From: Ptychomitrium polyphyllum
Taxonomy: Eukaryota
Assembly: GCA_973851085.1 (NCBI GenBank)
Contig: OZ316775.1
Location: forward strand, 12,586,001-12,650,000
Direction of reading: 5' to 3'
DNA: 64,000 bases
Position numbers and translations under genes: made by a program. Positions 21,972 through 36,014 of the stretch are shown one piece after another. Numbering within the stretch: the first letter of the stretch is position 1; every line of letters begins with the position of its first letter. The notes under the pieces were generated by a model. That model was given only the letters and a program-made list of their open reading frames with translations. It had not been told where the DNA came from and did not search any database.

Positions 21972-24900
21972 TCAAAAGAAGAACAAGGACGACGAGTCAG
22001 TGCCATTTTGAACATCCCGTGATAGCATGGATCGGGCCTCAGCCACAGAGCGTGGAGGTTCCAGGTCTTTCTCTTGCAGTGCCCGACCTTGTAACCTTTG
22101 CATTTGGGTTGCGAAGACATCATCCAGAATCTGCAAGTCACATGCGTCCACTCAGCAATTAATGTGTTGACATCGAGATGTAAGAGACGCTTTTAGAGTC
22201 CTTTTTGATTGTGACACATTTCTGACAAGACAAGAAGAGAGCACTTACTCCGAGAGCAAACGATGAGCCTTTGTACCAAGACCTGTTGCCTTTCCTATTC
22301 TCTAGGAAGTGAAGCACATCCTGCACCGCCAAACGCCCAAATGAGTAAATAGACGTCTTTAATGTAATAAATAACGTTTGAATGATTGTAAACTGGGGAA
22401 GGGAAGTAGTGGGGTAGTATAGATGACCTACTCTGGCCATCCGGTCCCAAAAACCACGACACACGGCTACAAATACTCGCGTGGTAAACACATCATGAAG
22501 ATGAGAAAGTGTATCCACAAGTTGTGTGTTGAGTGGTTGCATGCGTTCTCGAATATCCGATTCACCACCAGCCTCTCTGGTGTCCTGAAGTATTTTCTTC
22601 AATTTGGTTGTCCTCTGCAACCTTGCCTGAAAATTCATCATGCTAAGTTCAGTTGAGCTGCATATATAAGATTATAGATTCTATCGAAGAGACAGAGAAG
22701 ACAATAATGAATCAAATCAGACTAGAACGCTAATATTCTGAAGCGCTTACATTGTCGGCAAGTTTCTCCACGATAGATTGCAAGTAATTTTTATACTTGG
22801 CTCTAAGCTCAATGGTGACCTCATTGAGGCGCTCTCCAAACACAACACGGTCAGGTCCACCACCTTCCTCGGGAAGACAAGCAACCCAAGTCTTCATCTG
22901 CGATTCTATTCTGGGTCGTAGCGTGTCCAACAGCCGCTTCAAGCTATTAAGCATCACTCCTAGCTGGATCAGAAACCAATCATTCTGAGTGAATTGTATG
23001 CAAGTTCACCACCATACACGAGCACACATGTGTGCTGAAACAGCCAGTATTTAAAATCTAGAGTTCGTCAATGCAATGGCTTAGTCTCAACCGGTATTAT
23101 CCAGGAGATACAGTATTCAATGACGAAGAAGAGCTCATTCATTTTACCTGGCTTGGCACACTGTATATTGTAAGTTTCTGCCGGCGCGTGAGCTTTTGCA
23201 TGTATTGCAGACTGAACCTCTTTGGGATCATGATATCCTTCAGCGGCAGAAGCACTTCAGCATACTGCTTTTCTAGAGCTGCGATTACCGCTCTTTCAAC
23301 GTCTGCCACAGCCTGCTAACAGAGCCTCATCGTTTAGAATTGCACACGCATCATAGTTGTCAGGACTGTATTTGTTCAACTCCTTGACTTGGCAGTGAGC
23401 TGCCAATTTGGCTACATAAGTATCCACAACTTCATTAAGAGACCAGGATATGGTACTTTAATCACGTGATGATAACATGTTTACAGAAAGATAGGAAGAA
23501 ACTATACGTACATTTTCAAGAGCAAATGTGTACTCAGGCCAGCGACTAATGATCACTTCAAACTCATTCAGGGTGTCCTTGATACGATCATACACTTCTT
23601 CCACAGACGGAGACGTGGTGTGCTGCGTAGTCACCCATGTGCATCGTTCCTACACATAAACGTTAAACTCCAACTGTATCAGACATCGTTCTGAACCACA
23701 TGAATAATTGCACAAATCAATATCAGTAAAGACTACGGACAAAGGGCAAGTTACACGATGAATACTTTGTCAAACTTGCAGAAATCGAGAAGGTGCAGCC
23801 GCTTGTCCTGGATCCAGAGAACAATATACAAGTGAAATAACTCCTTGGCATTCACTCCTCCATTTTGAGTCCTGCGAACAATTCAGGGATTTATATGAGG
23901 GGCATTTCTGTAGAAGATAATGGAAAGAAGATTTAGCCCTCCAACTATTTCTCCTGTTGCAGCAGTCAAGACCAGAATAACAAGGTAAACAATTACCTGA
24001 TTCGCCAAGATACCAAGTCTTGCTGAAAGTCAGCAGTAGCGAGCATGAGTTCGGCAACAGGTGGTGAAGGAGAAGACGGAGGACAGGCCACCAGAAAAGT
24101 GCGGAGGCGATTAGCCAGCTCCAAGTCATATATGCTGGCTGCTACATTGGGCAAATCAATGGAGCTGCATCAACAGTTACTAACGCCATCAGTATGTACT
24201 AAATTCGTCCCAAAGCAACCAACTCATGGGCAAGAAGATGCACCCATCTATCTCAGATTAATCAGTACTATGATACAGACGAGATGTCTGTCAAGAGGTG
24301 AGAATATTCTAAAAAATAGGAGTACATTGAAGAAATTGTGTTAAGAATGCAAGTCAATTCCCTAACAGACAGATAATATTATAGCAATGAACTGCCCCTC
24401 TGGTACTTTCTTACCCAAATGATGCTTCAGGCATTGTACAAACAAAACTGTACACATGGACTTTCTATAGATGCTGACCTGGGCAGCACGTGCTTGTTAT
24501 GTATTTCAATATCAGCACGCACTTCATTGCGCACGTGCAGGCACAGACTTCTCATTTTTTGATAGGCACTGGACACACTGAGCAGATCCATTAAAAATCC
24601 TTCACTGCTACTTGACACAAACTCATCTGTTTCCGTCATAAGCCGCTTCCATCGTTTCATAGCTGCAGTCTGTCAAAATCCACAAACAACAAGCACAATC
24701 AAGGATGGCTAGACTGCTCTCCTCGGTACACTAAAACGTGGTAGAACCCCTCAGCCACACAGGCTTCCATAACCACCAAGGTCGTTTGTTTTCCGTTATA
24801 TTGCAGAGACTGAAGCAAGAGGAGTAGGGTCGAAGAAAACCTTAAAATAGTTTCGAAGGGTATTCTGTGATTCCAAAGAAAGGATATCATGTAACAAAGT

Positions 24901-27900
24901 ATAGATCTGCACTGCTGGGACTAAAGCAGGAGCTACAGACCCAAGTACAGGTGCAGAAATGTCAGCGAGTCCAGACGCTGAATCCTCATCGAGCGACTTA
25001 TAATTCTCGAAGACAACTGCAAGAAGCTGCTCAACCTGCTCTTGTACATCCACCAGAAGTCGTTTCTGAAGCCATCACAGCAAGACCCGCGAAGATCAGG
25101 GTCCATCAGCTGCGTCTAAAAGGTACTGCAATGCAAAAATGCAGTACGACAAAAAAAAAGGAAACGTGGAATATGTTTAGGACACATTATATCGATAGAG
25201 GTGATCGTCCCATCTTACCTCCTGTCGGTTCAAGGAGTTTTCATTACGTGCTTTAACTATCGGGCTCAGTAGGTCATAAATGAGAACCAGGCAGTCCTCA
25301 GTAGGGGTTGCCACTTCCATAATACAGACAAGGTACCTGAGAAAGTAGCACAAACAGATTAAGCCCCAGAACATGTCACGAAAAGGATCCAACCTCGACA
25401 TCAGTAATGCACTCTCAAATAATCAATACACCACCATCATGGTTTTCTGTGAAAAGCCATCTTCATTCAGTGAACAATTACCTCAGCTTCGTGTATGAGG
25501 TCGACACTCCATAATAGGAAGCAAACTCTGAAAGCAGCCACAGCCAGGTGCCTTCCAGCCGCAGGTTGCGACGTTGAAATTGTTGGACTCTCATGGCCGC
25601 CTCCAAAACGATGTCATAAGCTCTAGTCTCTCCGACAGGACCCCACTGCATCATTCATCACAAAATTCAGTTCTAAGAATGAACAAATTTGCAACAGTAC
25701 AGCATGTGTATATGTGCATGCAATTCAAGCGGATCGGTTCAGGTGACCAGGAAAGAAAAGGTAACTAAGGTTTAAAAAATTAGCAGGTCCAGGATCATAA
25801 GATGGATTTAACACGAAATGTGCTGAGGCAATAAAGACAAAAGAAACTAAGAATATTGTCGAATATACACTTGATATAGACGGGGCACTTCTAAACAAGT
25901 TACATAAGGAGGAAATTAACCTTAGCAGAGTCAACTTCACCAGATGTTACAGTGTATCTGAGAAATAGCTGTACTTTTCCCACTAATTCATGCTCTGGTC
26001 CACTGTAAATATTGTACCAACGGACTCGATCATTCTGCACAATACCACATAAGGAAACATCTCATTGATGGCGGTGAAATATAATCGCAAGGCGAATTGC
26101 AAATATGGCGCTTTAGGCTACTTACAGGATCATCGCTCATTGAAGAAACGTGAACAGTCAGGCGACCCTGAAGATTCCCCTTTATGTCGTGTAAATCTAA
26201 AAAAAGATCGTCTCCTGGATGCTCAGGCAGGCTGCACAACCCACGAACAATATCTCCTTCAGCAGTGCTGCTTTAAACGAGCAGGAGTAATACAGCAATA
26301 AAGTGCAACCGAATCCTGGTTGTTAGAAGCTGAGCAAATGAATGGACAAGGAAGAGTATAATTACTAACAGTATAGTAGTCTCTCCACCTCCTGGCTGCA
26401 AACGCACAGCGTCTTGTTCGGATGTGCTCTTTAGTCGCAACAAACACGTGAAATTTTCTGCATCGAGAAAGCAAAGAGGAGTGTGACAGAAGTGTATGTG
26501 CACGCCAAGAACTAAGTGCTCATTATCATCCTCCTAGATCTATCATGAGAACTCTTCACCAAAAAGGGCTGATTGTAAGGTACGTGATAAATCAAGATAG
26601 ATTTGCAGGGACCATAATACCTTGCGGAACTTCAGCAAGTGAACTATGTCGCAGGCTATTCACTTTGTCCTTCAGCATTCCTGACACCTGACGCACGTAC
26701 TGAGCACCAGCATTAACATATGCCATACTGCGCTGAGACGAACCGAATTGAGATGAATTGTGCTGGGAGGAATTGTGGTTACGCATGCCTTGTTTAGGGA
26801 CAATTCGCATCTTCCTTACAGCAGACCATCCAGATGACAGTAGTGACCGCTTATGAGAATGTGCACGCCTTTCTAAGTCTACTGTATTGGTCTCTAGCGC
26901 CGATAAGCTGCTGCTACGATATGATAGGGGTTTCGCCATAATCTTCACTTTACGAACTGTATAGCAAAGAAAAAGTTAACGAATCAGTACAAAATGCCTC
27001 GATATCAAACCTGTAAAACTAAGCTCAAGAACTTGTTCTAGCCCTTCGAGAGAGAGCAGTTAGGAACACCAGAATACTGATACAACAAAACATATAGGTA
27101 AAATGGAAACATACCTTGGACTTTAACTTTGCCAACCGATCGCTTCTGCATTGGAACGGCTGCAGAGTCTCCAAGTTCCTCACTCACACCTTTTCGATTG
27201 CCTTCTTCATATGGTTGTAACAAAAGTTGCTGCAAACTGCATATTTACCATGACACTATAGTAAATATACTGATCCTTAGGAAGCTTTTGACCACAAGTT
27301 TGCAAGAAATGAACAATGGGCCTAACAAGACGACTCGCAAACAATCAGAACAAACTATGTTCGAAATCGAAACTGCAAGCATTGGACAAAAGTGCATTGG
27401 AATGGCGTTCTTAGTTCGAAGTGTAGCATCAAATACTGGTGACACGAATTGCTCAGTAGAGTCCCACAGCAAAGGAACTCACCCAAAACAGTTCCGAAGG
27501 AGAGAGCATTCGTCCAAGAGAAACTCAGGCGCCTCCATACAACCGCGTGCCCATGCCCGAAGGCAAAGACGGACACATGCATCATACGCTACGAGGGCCT
27601 GCCATGCAGCTTGTCCACTATCACCCCAAGAAAGCAATTTGTCAAGCATGTTACACAAATCAAAAGCATATAGGCGAAATTGAATCTTACTCGACTTCAA
27701 ACCCACCAAAAAGACAAGTCTCTATAATAACTTGCTCAAGGAAAACCACATAATGATCCTTGCATATGAAACAAAACAACTGTCAGCTGTTATTGCTTGC
27801 AGCTTGAATGGCAAGACTAGGACGGCGCACAATTTTCAAATCAGTCAAAACAATGGAGCTGACGTCTGAAACTACGAAGTGCACACGACATTAAAGACCT

Positions 27901-30674
27901 ATACCTGTGGTAAACCGGAGGAGGGGTTGGAACAGGTCGAGCGGGAGGAACAGAAGACCCTCGGTATTGTGATGAAATACCAGGTTCCTCCGCAGTTGAT
28001 AAAGATCTACAAGATGTAACGTGAAATCTTAGGTCAAGTAGCATGTTTCTTGAATTCTCCCACTATCATACGAGCTTCACATCATATCGATTGAACGAGA
28101 ACAAAAAATCAACTCTCGCCAACCCTCAACCCAACAACACAAAAAGTCTAAATTTTGAAAAGCTGTCTTTTGAGCAATAATATGTCCAGGTCCTGATTTT
28201 TCTTTCGAAAAACATACACGATCTACTTACAAGGCTGGAAAAGAGGTGTGCACCTAACGCTCGGTTCACAGGGTATAGCGGAGGTGCTGTAATGCTCTTG
28301 ACTTGTAACGTAACTTCCGCCGATGTTCGAACCCGAAGCATCAGGCACCTCCTGGACCACCCCATCCAAGAAGGGTGGCGCACTTGGTGGCCCCCCGGTA
28401 GTAATGGTTTGCCGTTCTGAAAGTACCTCTTCATCTCCCTTGTTGCTCTGTGTGCATACGAGCCCCTCTCAGAATCGCGTAGTTTGTCAAAGTGAACTAA
28501 AAAACGACCAACATTGGCTAAGCTACTCTCAATAGCAGGCTTTCGGAATATTTCTGTTTACAAACAGTCCCTGTCCTTGAGGAAATCCAGCTCATTGAAG
28601 CAATCTAGAAGTAAGCAAGACAAGTATGTGCAGATTCACACCTGCATTGGGATCGCAGCTGTTGTAGACCATCGCTGGCCAGAGGTTTGGTTCTGAACAT
28701 CTTTCTGAGCAGGAAGATACTCCCCTTTCTACATGTCGCCATCGAACAGTTAGTCTTCCTATTCCTAGAAACTAAAACATCTTGGTAAGATTTCGCTCAG
28801 AAAAGGACTTGAGCATTCTAGCTAGCCGTCGTCTAAAATAGATGAAAGCACCAACTCAAACGTCAATCTCGCAGGATGACTTAATTTTTAAAGACCTAAA
28901 AGCTGAAGCCATGATTAAGTACCAACGAGACAGATCTCGAATCACTGTTATAGCATAAGAATATGATGATAAAGGCCAGACACTTACTCTCGCTTGTTCA
29001 TAACCTTCAATCTTGGGGTAACCAACTTGCGGTTTCACAGGTCTCGTCTGAAGCTGATCTCCATCCGAATCATCAGCTTCAGCACTATCAGACAACTCAG
29101 TTGCCGACGACAAATGCTGAACTTCTGAGAGCTCCGCCTCGCCTGAATCCTTGCCAGCGTTAACACCAGGCCGTCCATGAGCCGGCTCAAACCTTCCACT
29201 GCCTGTGCAAGCGCCATGTCGCTCAACCAGGTCCTCGCGTCGCCCGTAGTAGGAATCACACCTCTCACTGCCAGTGTAGGCGCCATACCTAATATCACGC
29301 ATGTCAAAACTGTTCTTTCGGCTGAGGCCACTCCCTTTGTCGAAACTGTCCTTCTTTCCAATGCTGCTATTGTCATCTTTGCGCCCAGAGCTGTCCCGGC
29401 GTCCAGACATATCTCTCCGCAGACCTTCTTTCTTCCCAAAGCTGTTCTTCCGAGTGGGTGGACCGTCATAATAGTCCTCCACTTCCTCGGGGTCGGGGAT
29501 GAGAGGAAGCCGCCTCTGAGCATCATGCAACTCCTCGTCACGCTGGGGCATGTGGCCAGCAGTCTCACCAGATGGCGAGCTGTTCGAAGGGGACGTGTCG
29601 GGGGAGTACAGCCCTGACTCTTGCTCGTCACCAGAATCGTAGTCATCATAGCCTCGAGGATTACCACCGGAGATGGAGCCTACGCTCTCTTCCAAGTCAT
29701 GGATCGTGTTGGTGTCCTGGTCGAATGCAAACGGTGGCCTCAAACCATGGGAGTGCAGATGCACATTGGACAACTGCGGTGGAGGTAAACCCCACGTCTT
29801 GCCAGATCCCGTGCGCACACCTGCATTGAGATAGTCGTACCGTGTAATGTCAGGGCTACCCTTCCCTGACGCCGGTGTGCTACATGTCCTCGGCGTTCTC
29901 GGTGTCACACTCCCTGTTCTTGCTTGTTCCTGCCCCTCAACTCCCACATTCACAACAACACTCAGTCGCCAGCTCACCTTCTCTAGCTGGGACCTTGCCC
30001 ACAGCTCTCAGAACCAAACTGCTCAGTAAACTACCCCTGCAGCTGCTGCAATTCTCTTTGAGATGCTCGGAATTCAAATTATATGTTCAAGTAAGCAGCT
30101 ACAGTTGAGCTAATGAGCTTCAGAAGTTTCTTGACGAAGTGGAGCATTCTAAGGGAAGTGTCCTCCAAATGTCAGAGAAGAAGTCTCGGCTGACACAGCT
30201 TTAAAAGCCGCTTTGGGAAGTAAAGAATGTGGCTGAAGTAAAACCTTTCGACCGAAAGCATTTTAAAAGTCCACGGGACTCACAGACCATGTTGCTCAAC
30301 TGTTTGCAATGGCACGAAAAGCTGAAGCTCAAATGCTGAAAAGTAATCACTCTTCTGACAACTGCTAAGTAAGGCCCTACCCTTAGGTTCCGACCACATT
30401 AGTAATACCCCTTAGGACATTGCTCTCTAAATGTTACCCTCGAACCTATGCTACTAATTAACACTCACATGAAGCACAAAGAAATTAGTCTACAGCAGTC
30501 AGTCGTGAAGATTCTTCCTTAAAAGCTATTGTGAACCCAGTTAAGCATTCAACCCGATCATCCCAAGACGAAGCTCGAGCATTCTCATATGAAGGACAAG
30601 AGAGAAGAAAATGCTAAATTGAGTACCTTGCGGACCCACTGCAGAGCAGAGGTGTCAAGCCCGTCGGTAAACAT
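21972..30674 (-). CDS. Large conserved plant protein of unknown function, At4g24610/At5g48310-like, about 20+ exons, with a probable C2-like region and helical C-terminus
   Basis: First exon MFTDGLDTSALQWVRK (30627-30674). Conserved blocks WQALVAYDACVRLCLRAWARGCMEAPEFL, YLVCIMEVATPTEDCL, VFENYKSLDE, LNSLKRLLDTLRPRIE and RGFWDRM. Last exon ...EKDLEPPRSVAEARSMLSRD...FFF* ends at 21972. Family recognised from memory; internal exon borders are not all resolved. Confidence 0.88.
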
Positions 30675-33600
30675 CTTGCTTCGCACTTGAGTGTCGCATC
30701 CCCTGCAGCACTCGCTCTCTCACCCGCTCGCCTTTGCCTTGAGCCAGAAAACCAAACACTCGCCCTTCCTTCTTCGTCCGATGCAACGAACAGTCGCCCT
30801 CCAGACACCACCTACACTCGAATCTCCTCACTATGGTAGCATCCTAACAACAAGCCCTCGACGCACCTACTCGTAGTCATTCCTCCGCGCTCATGGTGCC
30901 CCCAGGTTCCTCTGCTAATATACGTTCTAACGACCCAAAGACAACACCTTTCCTGCGCCACAAATGGAACGACCCCGCCAACAGCTTAAAACAAGCTCAG
31001 GTGCTGACACAGAGCAGCAAGCAGAGCGAGCAAATGCAATGTGATTGGAAAGAACGAGAAGCTGCGACAAGGAGGGAGAAGGATCAGAGAGATCAACCGG
31101 TAAGAAAAGGGGGGCAATTACGGATATGTAGAAGGTGGGCTACCCCGCTCAGAGTAAGTGAGTGTGTGGAAGACGCGCACTGCGAGGGGCGGAGAGCGAG
31201 AAGTGCAATGCAGGATTGTGCACACAAGGCAGTGCAGTGAAGTGCAATCCAATGAAGTGCAATGCAATGCTGTGAAATGCACAGCGGGAGGGAGGGAGGT
31301 CAGCAGAGGACTGACTGACCGTTTGAATGAGGGCCCTGCCCAGTGCGCTGCCACCACGGTACCACACCACAGCAAAATAAATCAACAGGCGCTTCGGATC
31401 CTCTCTTTGTGAGAGATTAGGGCGGGTCCTGCCCGTGTTTAAAGTTAGTAACTCGCTACGGCGGTGGAGCAGTGGTGTGGCTTTCAGTTACTAAGTTGCG
31501 CCAAGGTAATACCATTCGTGTATTTGGTAGAGCACAATCATGGCATTGTGCTGCCAAGCAGTGACTGGAATTCAAGCGAACAGGACAGATGAGGAAGCAC
31601 GGCCCACTTTCAGGCTGAATGCAGATGAATGATAACTTACCGTTACCAAGTTCCGCAACAGATACCACAGTGAAATTGTGGAAAGAGGCTGAGGTGCGGT
31701 GCAACGGCAAGGAGGACCACACTGGCGAAGGAATCCGAGGCACCGGGTGGATGGTCGGTAGGCAATGCTCCAAAGTCACCACCTTCCCATCGGATCCTCT
31801 CGTCCTGCTCATTTGCTACAGCTCATCCCATTCGCGATTGCTGCCAGCTGTATGCCCTCTCACTTGCTCTCGGAGCCCACTCGCTCCTCCCACAGGATAC
31901 CGCAGGATGTCGTATTGCCGCCGCATTGCCACCGTACTTCGTTCCGGATGTTATTCCATTGTTAAGATGAAGCAGCGTGTCTAGAAGTATCCTCCATATT
32001 ATGTTTATTCAAATGTGATAGCTTTTCATCCAATTGTGCAATTCTGCATCCAATCGTGCAATTTTTCATCCAAGTCTAGTGAATCTTCCAAAAAAATTGT
32101 TCCAGCAAAAATAATTAGTAATAAAATAATGGAATAATTTTAACTTTTTTTAAATTGTAGCAATTTGGTGACTTTTGTTTTAAGAATACTACAAACACCA
32201 CAATTGAGGACATTTATCAAATATTTTTAAAATAAATATAGAACATTTAAATTTTTTTATTGTTAAAACAATTCTAATATTAGTGTACTATTTTTTTGCA
32301 CATCTTTTGCTCATTTGGTCCTACGTAGAGTATGTTTAAGTTGTATGTCTTTTCAATGATTCAAACAAAATGTAATGGATATTCAAAATTCCATTTGCAT
32401 ACACTAACTTTATTTCAAGTATAAAGATACTTGTATGTAATACATTAATTCAATGCAACTACATTGCCCAATTTTGCTTTGGCATCCAACTTGTTAAATT
32501 TCATAGTTTACTTGTTTCATTTTCAACCTCTGTTATTGAGTGCAAAAGCTCTCATGCGTGATGCCAAAAATGATGCAGTATTTGCAATTTATACAATGTT
32601 AAGGATCATTTTAATAGAAAAGTCTTTTAATGGCATTCTTTTATAATATTAAGATTTTAAGGATGTTCTTTGAAAAAAAAAATTCGGACATTTTACTAGA
32701 GCATTGGCTTTTTGATTGTACTATTGAACCAAAAAAAAAACTTAGCTTCCATATGAACCTATAACACCATATTCACTATAATGAGTAATTCCAAAATCCC
32801 AAATTTTAATATTTTACATTAATTATGTAGTAACCAAATAATTCCAAAATTATTATTTTATTCCATAATACTGAATATGGTCATCTGTTCATATATTTTA
32901 GTAGATTAATTAAACAACCTTAAAGAATTACATTGATGAGAATTTTACTAAAGATTTTATCAAAAAATTTAAATCTCGTCTTGGTGCATTTATTTTATTT
33001 GTAAAAAAGAAAGAATGAGCACTTTGTGCATCAATTGTTGGAGTTCAACATAATTTCCAAGAAAAATTACTATTATTTACCATTAATTCTTCAAACAACT
33101 CAGATCAACCAAAGATCTTCACTAATATTGATTGAAAAGAGGCTATAACTTTGTTCAAATTAATGAAGGAAATAAATAGAAAACAAATTTTTCAATTAAA
33201 TATGGCCATTTTAATTTTAATGTCATATTATTTGGTCTTATCAATGCTCTAATTTTCTTTCAATATATAATCAATAATATTTTTCATAAATATTTGGATA
33301 CAATTATAATCATTTATTTATATGACATTTTGATATTTATTAAAAACGTTGAAAAATATCAAAAACATATACTTTTAGTTTTTAAGAAATTATGGCAGCT
33401 AAAACTTTATGCTAAATTATAAAAGTGCCTTTTCCATCAATCATTAATCAAAATTTTTATTACATCATTTGTTTAACTTTTCCTTGGATTTGCAAACTTT
33501 TATGAAATGTGCATCAAAGATTATACTAAGATTGTAATATAGTTGGCATGTTTTATTGGAAAGTAAAATTTTGCATGGAATGAAGAAGCTTTTTAAATGT

Positions 33601-33757
33601 TAAAATTGTCCTTTACAAAAATACCATTCTTTATCAATACACATCCATCAAAATTATTTTATTTATAAATAGATGCTTAAGACTTTGCACTATACTTAAT
33701 TAGGATTTTTGACTAATTTGTCCATCCATCCCAATCTATCAATTTGTTTGGACGTCC

Positions 33758-33857
33758 AATAAGCTCCATATCTGTCTAATAAGCATTATATCTGTTTAAT
33801 AAGCCCCATCTCTGTCTAATAAGCGCTATATCCGTTTAATAAGCCCCATGTTTATTT
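33758..33857. repeat. 20-bp minisatellite, 5 copies
   Basis: aataagc.....t.tgt.t units start at 33758, 33778, 33798, 33818 and 33838. Confidence 0.9.
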
Positions 33858-33919
33858 GATAAATGTCAATTGCAATTTGACCAATAACAAGATGAGTTAT
33901 AATTTACCTTGTTTAAGTA

Positions 33920-34260
33920 TGTTACGGATAGAGTAACAACAAGACAAGGCTTCAAAATTTCAAGATATGAAATAAGATATGTCCAAGGTATATTAGAAGT
34001 AAAGAACTATAACAAAGTACAAAAACAGGGCCAGAGAGTCTAAGTTAGACCACAAAAAATGAGTTGTCAAGACTGAAGATCCCTTCACCCTCAACTCTTA
34101 TATATACTAAAACTACAAGCCTTATAACCGTCTTGAGAAGCTTCTACTATATTGCTTTCTACTCAAGCAAACTTGAGTTGCATCCATGGAAGCTTTATAA
34201 GCCAAGGTAACTTCTTTGGAACTTCTTAAACTAAGATAACTTTTTTGGAAGCTTCCTAAA
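33920..34260 (-). mobile_element. Partial family B LTR
   Basis: TGTTACGGATAGAGTAAC... is reverse-complement similar to 11350-11689. Confidence 0.7.
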
Positions 34261-34296
34261 TCTTTTTAAAATGTTTTTTGATGCTTATAATATATA

Positions 34297-34769
34297 TGTA
34301 TTACCGAATTACCAGGTGTTAAACCCCGTACTACCAGACTTTCTCAACCAAACTTCTCTTACTGGTACTACTAAACATCCTCCAACAGTAACTATTAGAT
34401 GATGGTAGTAACTTACTAGTTGAGACAAATAGATATAGATCTACTTTTATGGAATCTTGAATCTAGTATCTCAATCCGCGACCAAGAGAAATGACAATGT
34501 GTTGTATTTTCTTTTTCTATGAAACAACTTATACGCTCCATTCTCTAATTTATTATTTTGAACTAAATGTTTCTTATGTATGTCCTTTCACTAAGCAAAT
34601 TCTATAGTGTTCTTATAGTTTGAGACTTAATACTCCTATGCCTCTTTTGTTTTGTGGGTATCCGTTATAATAAATATAAAGATTGTCTTTTCTAAATCAA
34701 GGTTGTCTACTATAAAATTATCAAGTTTTTGAATAATTAGTACTTATCAATCATAGTATTGGTATATAT
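34297..34769. repeat. LTR-like dispersed repeat, family C
   Basis: Shares aaacatcctccaacagtaact and gaatctagtat blocks with 39436-39991 and, more weakly, 63474-63940. Confidence 0.7.
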
Positions 34770-36014
34770 TGTTGAAGACTTACGGCACACAAAGCGGAAA
34801 CAAAGTGTTTCTAAAGAATTAACTTCTAAAAAGCTAATGATTAACAAGTACTTCATATAAAGACTAAGACAACGCAAGATACACGAAGATCCACAACCTA
34901 TGTTAGCGAGACTAAGGAATATTTTGACTTGCCTCTTATTTACACTATGATGCTTGTTTCTTTTATGATACTTCTAAATAAGCTTCCTATAAGCCTAAAT
35001 GATGTTTTAGAAGTCTATGCAACCTTTCCAAGAAATTTCCTAAGATGTTGGAATATTCCTAAGAATCTTCTATGGAATTGACATCCTCCTAGGAATTTTC
35101 TTGAGATAGTAAAACTTTCCAAAAAATGTAGAAACAACTATGGAAAAATTTGATAGTATTTTAAAAAGCTACTACAATTATCTAGAAGGTTTTAATATAT
35201 TCTAAGGACTATGTTGCATGATCTATATTCATGACATCACCTCCCCATTTAGTGACGAGTCCCATGAGGAGCTCTTCTTGTGGCTTGCTCGTCACATTTC
35301 CACAACTTCCAAAATTTGTCGAAGGATTGAAACAACATATTCTGCTTGTTGTTCGTTGTTCACTGATTCAACTAGTCCTTGCAAGAAACATCGATGACCA
35401 CCAGCCAAGACTTTTGTTGCTCAAATGTCCCATCTCAAGATCTGATCTTAATTAAGTCCTTTAAAATATCCTCCAAACAAGATCTCGGGTCCTCCAAGAG
35501 TAATTCTTCCAATTTCTAATAAAATGACTAGAGCGCGAGCATCTGAATCAAGATTGGAATGTGAAGGGCAACTAGCCAATACTTCTGCACAAGGTTGCAC
35601 TCGATATTGGAATGTCCCTCTCATATCTTGACTTAGATCCTCTTTGACTGAAAGCTGAGAAAGTTGAGTTGGCTCAACAGAAACTGCTGTTGATGAAGGC
35701 ATGGCCAATTGCTCTTCACGCATATCTATGATAACATGAAGATTTGACATACTAGCTAGGATCAAGAGATGATCTATCTTGAAAATAATGTTGCATACAA
35801 TTGGAAGTTGGATATCTCTCTTCTTTTTTTATACTTGTCTATGAGGGAAAAAATTCTTTGTGAAGTAAACGGTTACCGATAACATGTCATTACTAACCTG
35901 GTTTCTAAATATATCTTTGATAAAATTCGCATACCTTTTCACATGCATTTGTTGCATTCATCGAAGGTTCCAATGTTTGATTATAGATATCATATCCTTG
36001 CCAATGTATAAGGA
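34770..36014 (-). mobile_element. Family A 3' fragment with complete 3' LTR (34770-35236)
   Basis: TGTTGAAG...catgaca, PPT, and ORF 35448-35765. Confidence 0.88.

Noticed and set aside
31200..31282. Degenerate (GTGCA/ATGCA)n tract upstream of the large gene as a miRNA hairpin
   Set aside because: Low-complexity pentamer repeat with no long clean stem.
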